Shown: piece after piece, positions 19,186-28,219 of the stretch | How the letters are laid out: each line of letters begins with the position of its first letter | Numbering within the stretch: position 1 is the stretch's first letter | Assembly (NCBI GenBank): GCA_020444425.1 | Contig: JAHLLB010000021.1 | Span: forward strand, 5,038-69,037 | Reading direction: 5' to 3' | Origin: a bacterium | GTDB taxonomy: Bacteria > Electryoneota > Electryoneia > Electryoneales > Electryoneaceae | Length of the DNA stretch: 64,000 nucleotides | Program-made: the position numbers and the translations under genes | Notes under the pieces: model-generated | Database searches by the model: none | What the model was told of the DNA's origin: nothing | The model's input: only the letters and a program-made list of their open reading frames with translations

Positions 19186-20166
19186 ATGGCTGACACGCAC
19201 TACCAGGTGATTATCCTTGGCAGCGGCCCTGCTGGCTACACTGCTGCGATCTACGCGTCACGCGCCCATTTGAAGGTTTTGCTGCTGGAAGGATTGAACT
19301 CCGGCGGCCAGTTGATGATCACGACCGATGTGGAAAATTACCCCGGTTTCCCGGAAGGTGTTACCGGCCCGGACATGATGGCTGACTTCCGCAAGCAGGC
19401 GGAACGGTTCGGCACCGAGATGGTCGCAATGGATGCCGTCAAGGTCGACCTGACCAGCGGCCGCCCGTTCAAGGTATGGACCGATGAGACTGAATACACC
19501 GCCGACTCAGTGATCATTTCCACCGGCGCCACCGCTCGCTACCTCGGCATCGAAAGCGAAGAGAAGCTGAAGGGCTTCGGCGTCTCGGCGTGCGCGACCT
19601 GTGACGGTTTCTTCTTCACGGGCAAGGAAGTCGCGGTCATCGGTGGTGGTGACACCGCAATGGAAGAAGCGACCTACCTGACCCGTCACTGCACCAAGGT
19701 GCACGTGATTCACCGTCGTGACGAACTTCGCGCGTCCAAGATCATGCAGAAGCGCGCGTTGAACAACGAAAAGATCGTCATGCACTGGAACAAGACGGTT
19801 GCTGAAGTTCTCGGCGACACCGAAAATGGCGTCACCGGCCTGAAGCTGGAAGATACCGTGACCGGCGACATCAGTGAGCTGCCGGTGGAAGGCATGTTTG
19901 TCGCGATCGGCCACAAGCCGAACACCGAGCTGTTTAAAGGCGTGATCGATCTCGACGAAACCGGCTACATCAAAGCTGATCCGGGCAGCAGCTACACGAA
20001 CATCGAAGGCGTTTTCGCCGCAGGCGACGTGCGCGACAGTGTCTACCGCCAGGCAATCACCGCCGCCGGCACCGGCTGCATGGCCGCGATCGACGCCGAA
20101 CGCTGGCTCGAGGCGCAGGAAGACGCGGAAGAGACGGTTGATGAAGATGTCATCGTCGTGAAGTAA
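19186..20166 (+). CDS. trxB: thioredoxin-disulfide reductase
   Basis: GSGPAGYTAAIY FAD motif, redox-active CATCDG, second dinucleotide fold VIGGGDTAMEEA. Confidence 0.95.
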   Translation: MADTHYQVIILGSGPAGYTAAIYASRAHLKVLLLEGLNSGGQLMITTDVENYPGFPEGVTGPDMMADFRKQAERFGTEMVAMDAVKVDLTSGRPFKVWTDETEYTADSVIISTGATARYLGIESEEKLKGFGVSACATCDGFFFTGKEVAVIGGGDTAMEEATYLTRHCTKVHVIHRRDELRASKIMQKRALNNEKIVMHWNKTVAEVLGDTENGVTGLKLEDTVTGDISELPVEGMFVAIGHKPNTELFKGVIDLDETGYIKADPGSSYTNIEGVFAAGDVRDSVYRQAITAAGTGCMAAIDAERWLEAQEDAEETVDEDVIVVK

Positions 20167-20192
20167 TATTTATTGCCAGCTTTAGAACTTGC

Positions 20193-20224
20193 AATGCCAC
20201 GGATTCGCGTCCGTGGCATTTTCA
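20193..20224 (+). terminator. rho-independent terminator after trxB
   Basis: AATGCCACGGA-ttcgcg-TCCGTGGCATT (11-bp stem) followed by TTCAT, 27 nt after the stop. Confidence 0.7.
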
Positions 20225-20308
20225 TATCCCTGCGTGTCCGAAGGATATCCGTAACTCTCAGTTCATCCCGATCTGAATGGAGAGCGGGACAAACCTGGAC
20301 TCATCCTT

Positions 20309-21091
20309 TCAGAACACGTCGATCTTCGGTTCGGGCAACGCGGATAGCAGAACGATGGTGTAGATCCCGATCAACGTGATGATCGCGCCTCCGATCAGGA
20401 GCAACGCCAGGCCGAGCCAGTTGCGTTCGCCGTCGCGCACGACGACCGTTTTGGCGACCATGTCGAACGCTCGCTGCCGGTTCGAGGTGAACGGGATGAA
20501 AAGGGCGTCCAGCGCGAGGATGTCGAAGTAGTACGACAGCCGCCGCACCAGCGCCGTGCCGAGGTGGATCGGCGACCCGTCCTCTTTCAGCACCCGCATG
20601 CCGAGCACACGCTTGCCAATAGTCCAACCGAACACCGATTCCATCACCGGGAAGTAGAGCAACGCAATGCCGGTCGCGGTCAGGGCGGTCAACGAAATCA
20701 GCACCAGTTCGATCGCGTTGATGTGCACCTGTGGCGGGTTAATCCCACCCCAGTTGAACGAGAAGAACACGTCCGGATCAGCCAGCCCCATCGGCACCAC
20801 CAGCAGCAGAAACACACCGGGGAAGATGAACATCGTCGACAGGGCAGCGTCCAGCATGAACGCGACGAACCGTTCGAGGATGTTCGCGTACTTGAGCGGC
20901 CGGGATTGCATGAACTCTGCGGCTACTTGTCGTGGCGGGCCGAGTTTGTTCGCGATCTCGTCCTCACTGAGTCCCGCCTCCTGCATCGCCATCACCTGCT
21001 CGCGCAGGTCGGTGAGGAATCGATCCTTATCGGCGCTCTTGGCGGCGAGGTGCATGCGCACGTCGCGGAAGTAATGTTCAAGCCTGCTCAT
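20309..21091 (-). CDS. RDD-family membrane protein with DUF1700/HAAS-like N-terminal helical domain
   Basis: ORF track gives 20309..21166; start at MSRLEHYFRDVRMHLA (ATG 21091), overlapping the PadR stop by 14 nt. C-terminal RDD-type motifs GWTIGKRVLGMRV and QRAFDMVAKTVVV. Confidence 0.7.
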   Translation of the reverse strand: MSRLEHYFRDVRMHLAAKSADKDRFLTDLREQVMAMQEAGLSEDEIANKLGPPRQVAAEFMQSRPLKYANILERFVAFMLDAALSTMFIFPGVFLLLVVPMGLADPDVFFSFNWGGINPPQVHINAIELVLISLTALTATGIALLYFPVMESVFGWTIGKRVLGMRVLKEDGSPIHLGTALVRRLSYYFDILALDALFIPFTSNRQRAFDMVAKTVVVRDGERNWLGLALLLIGGAIITLIGIYTIVLLSALPEPKIDVF

Positions 21092-21431
21092 GGTTGTCCT
21101 CCCTGCCTGCGATGAATCCGTCCACGATGTCACGAAACGCCTGCCATTCCTTTTGCAGGTCGCCAAGACGGATTCGTCCCTTGTCTGTCAACTTGTAGTA
21201 CTTGCGCGGCACGCCACGTTTCGGATTGTCGCGGTACGATTCGATGTAGCCATCATCCTCGAGCCGGTACAGCACGGGGTACAGCGTGCCTTCCTTGATC
21301 TGGAAGAAGTCCCCGCCGCGCCGTTCGAGGGTTGAGACGATGTCGTAGCCGTACCGGTCCTCCCCGTCGAGCATCGTCAGCAGAACGAGTTCGATGGTGC
21401 CGCGTTTCAGTTCACGTCGTACCGATTCCAT
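21078..21431 (-). CDS. PadR-family transcriptional regulator
   Basis: Winged-helix pattern GTIELVLLTMLDGEDRYGYDIV...IKEGTLYPVLYRLEDDGYIES...RKYYKLTDKG. Confidence 0.9.
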   Translation of the reverse strand: MESVRRELKRGTIELVLLTMLDGEDRYGYDIVSTLERRGGDFFQIKEGTLYPVLYRLEDDGYIESYRDNPKRGVPRKYYKLTDKGRIRLGDLQKEWQAFRDIVDGFIAGREDNHEQA

Positions 21432-21550
21432 CTCGGCCTCACGATATACTTTGTGTACCTAGGTATATGGTAACAGAAATTAGTTGGTGAGTCAAGAGGC
21501 TCTGCCAGGATTGGCGGAATGATGCTCGTGGAGGTGGGTTGGGGGGCCTG

Positions 21551-21578
21551 TCGGTGGTCGGTGGTCGGTGGTCGGCAG
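21551..21578. repeat. heptanucleotide tandem array (TCGGTGG x3 + TCGGCAG)
   Basis: tcggtgg tcggtgg tcggtgg tcggcag, in the intergenic region upstream of padR. Confidence 0.75.
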
Positions 21579-21880
21579 GTTGGATTTCCGACTCAGGGCA
21601 GACAACCCCGATAGGCGCCGAAACACACCAGCGGTCAATCACGGGCACCAATCCATCGATCTTGCCCGTATTGGCTTTGACAACGCGGACCTGAACCCCT
21701 GAAAGGGGACATCTGGCGGCGCTCGAAAATTGTGAATCGGTGAGGTCACACGATTCTACCAGACACCGACTCTTCGACCTGTCACCGGTTTGTGCCGACA
21801 GGTGTCCCCAGAACCTGCGGTGGTTCCCTGCTACCGGAGAATCCCGACCAGCTCTAATACGTTCGAGGCAAATACAAAAT

Positions 21881-21910
21881 CGGGGACACTTGACGGAGCA
21901 AGTGTCCCCG
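21881..21910 (-). terminator. GGGGACACTT-family palindromic hairpin acting as a likely terminator of the FG-GAP gene
   Basis: CGGGGACACTTG-acggag-CAAGTGTCCCCG (12-bp stem). On the minus strand it is followed by ATTTTGTATTT, and it lies ~50 nt downstream of the stop at 21959. Confidence 0.6.
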
Positions 21911-21928
21911 ATTAATTGGTGTTTCTCA

Positions 21929-21956
21929 GGACTCGAGACTCAAGACTCGGGACTCA
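21929..21956. repeat. heptanucleotide tandem array (RGACTCR x4)
   Basis: ggactcg agactca agactcg ggactca, ending 2 nt from the stop codon 21959..21961. Confidence 0.7.
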
Positions 21957-21958
21957 CG

Positions 21959-23440
21959 TCACTTCATCAACACGATCTTCTGCACCGCGTTTAGCTGTCC
22001 CGGCACATCCGCGCGGACGAAATAGATCCCGCTGGCGATACCGGTACCATCGAACGTAAACGACTGCAGTCCAGCCGGTTGGGTTGATGAACTCAGCACT
22101 GCGACCTGTTCGCCGAGGGTGTTGTAGACGGTCAGGTCCAGCTGTGACGAGTGCGGCAGGGCGATCTCGATGGTGGTACTCGGGTTGAACGGGTTCGGGT
22201 AGATCTTGTTCAGCTCGTACACCTGCGGCAGGTTGGACGCAACCGCCCCTTCCGTAACCCCGACATAGAGCAGGTTCTTGTACCAGGCGATGGTGTTGTC
22301 ACCCCATGAGGAGGACAGGATGTCGTTGTCACCGTCGCCGTCAAGATCGGCGCAGTAGATGCCGGAGACGTGGTCAATTTCGTCGGTGATGACGTAGTAC
22401 TGGCCGAACGTGCCCTCACCGTCGGTGTTTTCGAACCACACGATCAAGCTATCTGAGGAGGATGCGGCGACGAGGTCCATGTCTCCGTCGTCATCGATAT
22501 CGACGCTGAACAGGATTTCCGCCCCTGTAATCTGATCACTGATCTGTTGGGCAACGCCGAAGCTGCCCTGGCCATTCGTATTCTCATGCCACGCGATCAG
22601 GTTTTCGTCTGCCTGGTAGGAGGCGGAGAGAACATCCTGGTCACCGTCCCCGTCCAAGTCATTCGCACAGACAGACCTGAAATTCCACGTGCTGGACACA
22701 ATCACCATCTCAGGGCCGAATGATCCGGCGCCGTCGAGGTTTTCACTCCACGCAACCATGCCCCGCACAGCACTACTGGAGGCGAAGAGGAGGTCGTGAT
22801 CAGAATCGCCATCAATATCCGGCGCACATAAAGAATTGATGGAGTAGTTGATATCGGCCAAAACCTGCTCGTCGGCGAACGATCCGGCCCCGTCCTCGTT
22901 CTCGTACATCTTGATTTCGGTGCCCTGGGCTGAGATGACGTCTTCGTCCCCATCCCCGTCCATGTCCGAACTGCGGACGGCGGTGATGTCCCAGGTGTTG
23001 GTGGCGATGACCAGTTCGTTGCCAAAGCTACCCTGGCCATCCAGGTTCTCGAACCAGACGATCTTCTGTTCATTCTGGGAAACGGCAGAAATGACATCGG
23101 GATCGCCGTCGCCGTCGAGGTCGGCGCCATAAACGAACGAAGCGCGGTCGAGCGTTTGCGTAATCACGATGGGTTGGCTGAACACCCCCGTACCGTCGAG
23201 ATTCTCGAACCATTCCACGGTGCTGTCCGTCGCCGACGCGGCGAGAACGTCAAGGTCGCCGTCGTCGTCCATGTCAACGCTGAATACCGCCTGCGCGCCA
23301 TCGGCCTGATCGCTGATGACGATCTGTGAACTGAAGGAAACCGGCTGCGCGAACATGGCGGACGGCAGAAGAACGAGCAGTGTGGTAAGCAGACACCACT
23401 GCCCGACAGTTCTCCCCCACTCGTACAACGTTTTCATCAT
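21959..23440 (-). CDS. FG-GAP/VCBS-repeat secreted protein with T9SS C-terminal sorting domain
   Basis: Repeated D.DGDGD.DV...W.EN.DG.GSF units. Signal peptide MMKTLYEWGRTVGQWCLLTTLLVLLPSAMFAQ. C-terminus YPNPFNPSTTIEIAL...GIYFVRADVPGQLNAVQKIVLMK. ORF track extends to 23467. Confidence 0.85.
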   Translation of the reverse strand: MMKTLYEWGRTVGQWCLLTTLLVLLPSAMFAQPVSFSSQIVISDQADGAQAVFSVDMDDDGDLDVLAASATDSTVEWFENLDGTGVFSQPIVITQTLDRASFVYGADLDGDGDPDVISAVSQNEQKIVWFENLDGQGSFGNELVIATNTWDITAVRSSDMDGDGDEDVISAQGTEIKMYENEDGAGSFADEQVLADINYSINSLCAPDIDGDSDHDLLFASSSAVRGMVAWSENLDGAGSFGPEMVIVSSTWNFRSVCANDLDGDGDQDVLSASYQADENLIAWHENTNGQGSFGVAQQISDQITGAEILFSVDIDDDGDMDLVAASSSDSLIVWFENTDGEGTFGQYYVITDEIDHVSGIYCADLDGDGDNDILSSSWGDNTIAWYKNLLYVGVTEGAVASNLPQVYELNKIYPNPFNPSTTIEIALPHSSQLDLTVYNTLGEQVAVLSSSTQPAGLQSFTFDGTGIASGIYFVRADVPGQLNAVQKIVLMK

Positions 23441-23551
23441 GCCCCCTATGCCCATCGATCTGTCCAACTCGAACCAGAATATACCTCTCCCACACCAGCG
23501 TAACAGGATTTGATTGAAAATATTCCAACAAAAACAGGGAAGCGCTGGGGC

Positions 23552-23587
23552 AATAAGAAAGCCCGTGCGGGTAACACCAACACGGGC
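23552..23587 (-). terminator. candidate rho-independent terminator after the bifunctional nuclease gene
   Basis: On the minus strand, GCCCGTG-(13 nt)-CACGGGC followed by TTTCTTATT, ~35 nt after the stop at 23621. Confidence 0.45.
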
Positions 23588-23620
23588 AACAGGTTAGTCG
23601 CTGAAATAGACCGGCGTATG

Positions 23621-24217
23621 CTACGAAGTTGAGGGTTCGTCGTCCCCGTTGCTCTCCTCGGGAGCGTGCTCACCTCCCACGCTCTCCAGCACCTTGATCT
23701 CGTCCCGGATGCGTGCGGCTTCCTCGTACTCTTCCTTCTCAACCGCTTCCTTCAGCCGGCGGTTGAGTTCCATCAGCTTGTCTTCCTTGCTCGGACCGGT
23801 GGTCTCCGCCTGGGCGATCTCGCCACGCATCCCGGCTTCGGTAAACACATGCGGTGCGACGAAGATGTCTGCGTCAGTTTTCAACGCCAACGCGATGGCA
23901 TCGCTCGGGCGCGCGTCCACTTCCTTGCGGCCGTCCTGTGTATCAACGTAGACCGTGGCGTAAAAGGTGTTCTCCTTGAGGTCGGTGACCTCGACACGGG
24001 ACACCTTCGCTGCCGACGCGTCAAGCAGGTTCTGAAACAGGTCATAGGTGAGCGGACGGACATACTTCAGCCCCTGTAGCAACAGGGAGATGGTGTGCGC
24101 CTCGGTTGCACCGATAAAAATCGGCAGCCACTGCTCTCCGTCCTTCTCTTTCAGGATCACCACGTAGCCCTGGTACGGTGGGCTGATGGAAATGCCGGTG
24201 ACCTCTACGGGAATCAT
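23621..24217 (-). CDS. bifunctional nuclease (BFN/DUF151) family protein with C-terminal UVR motif
   Basis: N-terminal MIPVEVTGISISPPYQGYVVILKEKDGEQWLPIFIGATEA...RPLTYDL pattern. C-terminal EEYEEAARIRDEIKVLE (UvrB/UvrC-type motif). Confidence 0.75.
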   Translation of the reverse strand: MIPVEVTGISISPPYQGYVVILKEKDGEQWLPIFIGATEAHTISLLLQGLKYVRPLTYDLFQNLLDASAAKVSRVEVTDLKENTFYATVYVDTQDGRKEVDARPSDAIALALKTDADIFVAPHVFTEAGMRGEIAQAETTGPSKEDKLMELNRRLKEAVEKEEYEEAARIRDEIKVLESVGGEHAPEESNGDDEPSTS

Positions 24218-24306
24218 TCAAGCCTCTTCTGGGTCAGGGGTTATGTCAGGCACAGGGCCGGGCATGGCAGATGTGGCACAATTGTGGCTCGCGCCATAGA
24301 TCAGGC

Positions 24307-24335
24307 AAAATAGGAGAAACACAAAATGGTGTCAA
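24307..24335 (-). promoter_or_regulatory. candidate promoter for the bifunctional nuclease gene
   Basis: On the minus strand, TTGACA (24335..24330), 17 nt, TATTTT (24312..24307), ~90 nt upstream of ATG 24217. Confidence 0.3.
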
Positions 24336-24573
24336 GGTGGGAGGGAACGATCCATCCGACACGAGCCCGAGAGCGCATCGGAGGTTACCGGCCTTCTCCA
24401 GAACAACGAACCCGCGTCAAAGTGTATACGCGACCACGTGTTTATCAGGCATCCCCAGCGATTCGCAAGTCGGGAAGATCGTGTCGCCGGTACTGTCTCC
24501 CACGAGATGAATACCGTCAGCGTACACGGGCGGGAAAAGTGGCGTGAGCACTGCTCCGGCCCATGTCTCGCAG

Positions 24574-24599
24574 CCGCGTCCGCAAGCGGACACGGGCAC
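24574..24599. repeat. copy (reverse orientation) of the 26-nt hairpin module GTGCCCGTGTCYGCTTGCRGACGCGG
   Basis: ccgcgtccgcaagcggacacgggcac is the reverse complement of the module found at 43233..43258 and 43839..43864, with two compensatory changes in the stem. It lies ~40 nt downstream of the lexA stop. Confidence 0.65.
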
Positions 24600-24634
24600 A
24601 AACGAATGACGGGCACCAACTTTACGAGTACCTT

Positions 24635-25333
24635 CTAATAGCGGCGGAAGAGGCTGACGACGATCCCGAGGATCAAGAAATCTTCCCGTGTCGGGTCGAC
24701 CATGATCGGTTGCATGTACTGGTTCGCCGGACGCAGTTCGATCTGGCTCTTGCCCGGGTGGTAATACTTGACTGTCGCCTCCTCGCCGATCAGCGCGACG
24801 ATGATCTCGCCGGGACGCGCGTCGTCCTGCTTACGGCAGAAGACAACGTCTCCGTCGTGTATGCCGGCGTCGATCATCGACTCGCCCTTGACCCGCAACG
24901 CGAACACCTCGCCCTTGGGAGCGTAATCGGCGTCGATGGCAATGTGGCCCTGCAGGTTGTTTTCCGCGAGCAACGGAGCACCGGCAGCGACCGCCTCACC
25001 GTAGATCGGAATCTCGACGACGGAGGTGGTTGGATAGATCATGTCGCTGAGTTCGACAATCCGCGCGCCGGAATCCCTGTGCGAATCATCACGCGGTCCG
25101 AACGCGACTTCCTGCCCGGCATCTGTCAATTCGATTGCGCGGCTGCGGTAGCGCTCGCGGACGATATACCCTTTCTTCTGCAGCGCTTCGAGGATGCTTC
25201 GGACACCGTTCGTGCTGCGGATTCCTTCCGCCTCGCCGATGTCGCGGAAGGTGGGCGGGTAGCCGTTCTTCCGGAGTCCGTCCCCAATCCGTTTGAGCAC
25301 CGATTCCTGGCGTGGGGTCAATGGTTCAGCCAT
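24635..25333 (-). CDS. lexA: LexA repressor
   Basis: N-terminal winged HTH (LTPRQESVLKRIGDGLRKNGYPPTFRDIGEA), cleavage-site region VAAGAP, S24 peptidase motifs VKGESMIDAGI and EATVKYY. Confidence 0.9.
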   Translation of the reverse strand: MAEPLTPRQESVLKRIGDGLRKNGYPPTFRDIGEAEGIRSTNGVRSILEALQKKGYIVRERYRSRAIELTDAGQEVAFGPRDDSHRDSGARIVELSDMIYPTTSVVEIPIYGEAVAAGAPLLAENNLQGHIAIDADYAPKGEVFALRVKGESMIDAGIHDGDVVFCRKQDDARPGEIIVALIGEEATVKYYHPGKSQIELRPANQYMQPIMVDPTREDFLILGIVVSLFRRY

Positions 25334-25339
25334 GGCTGA

Positions 25340-25386
25340 CTCCTGTTCAAGAGATGTTCACTGAACAAAAGGTAATTGAACAGGAG
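25340..25386. promoter_or_regulatory. nested palindromes carrying four TGTTCA/TGAACA hexamers: candidate LexA operator and/or SD-sequestering stem
   Basis: CTCCTGTTCA (25340..25349) and TGAACAGGAG (25377..25386) form a perfect 10-bp inverted repeat. They enclose TGTTCA-C-TGAACA (25355..25367). GTTC-N7-GTTC is also present. The left arm is the lexA Shine-Dalgarno sequence on the coding strand. Confidence 0.45.
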
Positions 25387-25393
25387 TTCAGAA

Positions 25394-25846
25394 TCAAGAG
25401 GAGTGTGTCTTTTCAAGAAGTAATGTGACCGGTCCGTCGTTGACCAGCGAAACCTGCATCATCGCGCCAAATCGGCCGGTTTCAACATGCAGCCCCGCTT
25501 CTTGGAGCCGCTTCGCGAAGTACGCAACAAGGGGTTCGGCCTGCTCGGGCCGGGCGGCGTGAACAAAGCTCGGACGGCGGCCCTTGCGGCTGTCGGCGTA
25601 GAGGGTAAACTGGCTGACAACGAGAACAGACGGGTTCGGCTGATCGCTGAGCGAGAGGTTCATCTTCCCCTCATCGTCCTCGAAAATGCGCAGTCCGGCG
25701 ACCTTGTCCGCGAGCCAGTCGGCCTCGGCTTCGGTGTCGTCGTGCGTTGCCCCGACCAACAGCACAAAGCCCGGCCCGATCTTGCCAACGACTTCCCCTT
25801 CCACCGTCACCGACGCGGATGATACTCGTTGCAACACGATACGCAT
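25394..25846 (-). CDS. dtd: D-aminoacyl-tRNA deacylase
   Basis: ORF track gives 25394..25891; start at [33 protein letters not shown]-terminal SQFTLYAD and NDGPVT motifs. Confidence 0.9.
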   Translation of the reverse strand: MRIVLQRVSSASVTVEGEVVGKIGPGFVLLVGATHDDTEAEADWLADKVAGLRIFEDDEGKMNLSLSDQPNPSVLVVSQFTLYADSRKGRRPSFVHAARPEQAEPLVAYFAKRLQEAGLHVETGRFGAMMQVSLVNDGPVTLLLEKTHSS

Positions 25847-25863
25847 GACAACCCGATGCTCCG

Positions 25864-26979
25864 TTAGAAGTTCGCCCCAACGCTGATCCATGGGAAGACA
25901 ACATAGTCGACATCATGTCCCATTTCACGTGCCAGCGCAACGTCGAGCACGTAATGAGTGCTGATCCAACGCACGCCGAACGAAACCAGTGGATCAATCT
26001 TGTGCGGGATGAAGTAGTTCTCGGTGACAATCGCCAACGACCGTTTCACACGCCACATCCCGCCGATCATCAGGAAATCGCCGAGGTCAGGTTCATCCGA
26101 TTCGTCAAAGATCCCGCCACCAATCACCAGGGTCGTGTTGGCGTCGCCGAAACTGAGGACGCCATAGGTCACCGACGTCGTTTTCAGGTTTGACCATTCG
26201 GTATCCGCAAACAGGGTCCGGTTACCCACCGCAATTGCGAGGGAATCGGTCTCGACCAGCGTGATCTGACCGGAAACCCAGCCGAGTGAAAACAGCGGAC
26301 CGCCGAGCGGCATCAGGCTGCCTCCGATCGAGGTGCGGAACGGCATGCCGAGCTCCAGCGTCGGCATAATGATGAAGTGGTGCACATAATACCCGTGGCC
26401 GAATTCACGGCTGCGTCCGGTTGGACCGAAGAAGAGGCGATTGTTCGGGTCACGGAACCAGACGAAGCCTCGTTCCGCGAGCACCGGATCGGCAAGGTCA
26501 ACATGCGCAATGTCGCTGACTGGCAAGCGGTGCTGCCCGTAGCGCGAGTTGACCAGCAGGTAGTCGCCGGTCCAGCGGGTGATGAAACCGTTGATCGGGT
26601 CGGCGTCATACGGCTCGACCACTGCGGGGATACCTTCGGAGGTGCTGGTTCCGTAGCGGAGGGAATCCTGGTATGCGAGGACTCGCGGCAGCACGTCCAG
26701 CAGTTCGTGATCCAGCAGGTATTCGTGTTCGAAATGCTCGATGCCGTCAAAACTGAACACGACCATCTTCTCAGCGAGGCTGGACGTGGACTTGAAAATC
26801 AACGCACGGTCAAAGCCGAACACGTCGGAGAAGAGATCGTACTCTTCCGCCTCTGCAACGGTGATCGTATCGCCGATGGGATGGTTCAGGAAGGGTGTGC
26901 GGGCGAACGCGGGATTGTGAGATAACGTCATCTGCAGCAGGAGTGCCAACAGGGTGAACCGTGCGCCGAGCTTCATCAT
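25864..26979 (-). CDS. uncharacterised outer-membrane-type protein, paralogue 1
   Basis: Signal peptide [26 protein letters not shown], Gly/aromatic-rich C-terminal half, terminal Phe (WISVGANF). Homologous to the next gene. Confidence 0.65.
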   Translation of the reverse strand: MMKLGARFTLLALLLQMTLSHNPAFARTPFLNHPIGDTITVAEAEEYDLFSDVFGFDRALIFKSTSSLAEKMVVFSFDGIEHFEHEYLLDHELLDVLPRVLAYQDSLRYGTSTSEGIPAVVEPYDADPINGFITRWTGDYLLVNSRYGQHRLPVSDIAHVDLADPVLAERGFVWFRDPNNRLFFGPTGRSREFGHGYYVHHFIIMPTLELGMPFRTSIGGSLMPLGGPLFSLGWVSGQITLVETDSLAIAVGNRTLFADTEWSNLKTTSVTYGVLSFGDANTTLVIGGGIFDESDEPDLGDFLMIGGMWRVKRSLAIVTENYFIPHKIDPLVSFGVRWISTHYVLDVALAREMGHDVDYVVFPWISVGANF

Positions 26980-27112
26980 CCGCCCCCCGATGATAGAGTT
27001 GGAAACGCTGAGTCGTGGTGTCATCTTTATCTAACATAAGCACCTTAATTCCATTGTACGCAACATCCGCTCCGTGTCAGCAGCAAACAGCCAAATTCGC
27101 GCATACTCCAGA

Positions 27113-28219
27113 TCAGAAATGCACGACGAAATCGACCCACGGAATCCCTAACGCCTCGAATTCTCCTGCCAATGGCCGGATGATCGCGAAATCGACGGAT
27201 AACTTGTCGCCGAACCAACGCATTCCGAGCGACACCACCGGCCAGTCCACACCCGGAATCATCCAGTTTTCCGTGATCAGTTTGGCCCTTCTGCCGGTCT
27301 GTAATTCACCACCGATCACCACGAACGGTCTGTCTGCGAGCTCAAACCCATCGACGAAGCCAAATCCCAGACCGAAGGTTCCGGATGCCTTCGAGCTCCC
27401 GGCACTGCCAACCCCGTAGATGATTCCGGCGTTCTGACCGTCCCCGCCGCTCATTAATGTGGTCAGGTTGCCGACGGCGAAGGAATAGTTGTCCGTGTCC
27501 ACAATCCCGACTTGCCCGGTGAACCAGCCGAAAGTAGCGTACGGGATCGACCACGGGAAGAATGCCCCGCCAACGGAGATCTTGTGTCCGAAACCGACCT
27601 GGAGACCGGGCATGACGGCCTCGTACACTGCGAAGTAACCCTCTCCCTTGCCCAGGCTGCGTCCGGTTGGCATGAAGAACAGGCGGGTACGATTGGCGTC
27701 AACGATTTCAGTGAACTGGGCGTATTCGGTAACCCGCTGCTGAACCTCGATGTCGTCGATTTGTTCGATGGGGATGTCACTGTAGCCGAACTGGGTGGTG
27801 ACGTGCAAGCTGAACCCGGTCCATTCGGTGATTTTTCCGAACACACGCGGGCCGTGTTTCGGTGTGATCTCGACCGATACGCCGTCCGAAACCGGGAGTC
27901 CGTCGTTTAAGGAATCTGCCCTGTCCAGCACCAATGGCAGCACACGGAACACGGAATTGTCGATCAGGTACGTGGTGCCATAACGGGAAAAGACATCTCT
28001 GGAGTAAACTCGGAGGATCTTCACATGGGTGTAGACCGAATCGGCGATCACCGCAGAATGGAAGTCGGGTACATCACGGAAGAGGGAATACTGGTCGGCT
28101 TCGCAGGCGGTGATCGTGTCGCCGATGCTGTGCTGCAGTATCGGCTGCCGTGCGTGTGCAACACAGGGTAGCAGCAACAAGGCAAACGCCAGCGTTGACC
28201 ACATTCCACACCGCGCCAT
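27113..28219 (-). CDS. uncharacterised outer-membrane-type protein, paralogue 2
   Basis: Signal peptide ...WSTLAFALLLLPCVAHA. Shares the blocks IGDTIT, LFF.PTGRS, ITEN..IP and terminal PW....V.F with paralogue 1. Confidence 0.65.
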   Translation of the reverse strand: MARCGMWSTLAFALLLLPCVAHARQPILQHSIGDTITACEADQYSLFRDVPDFHSAVIADSVYTHVKILRVYSRDVFSRYGTTYLIDNSVFRVLPLVLDRADSLNDGLPVSDGVSVEITPKHGPRVFGKITEWTGFSLHVTTQFGYSDIPIEQIDDIEVQQRVTEYAQFTEIVDANRTRLFFMPTGRSLGKGEGYFAVYEAVMPGLQVGFGHKISVGGAFFPWSIPYATFGWFTGQVGIVDTDNYSFAVGNLTTLMSGGDGQNAGIIYGVGSAGSSKASGTFGLGFGFVDGFELADRPFVVIGGELQTGRRAKLITENWMIPGVDWPVVSLGMRWFGDKLSVDFAIIRPLAGEFEALGIPWVDFVVHF

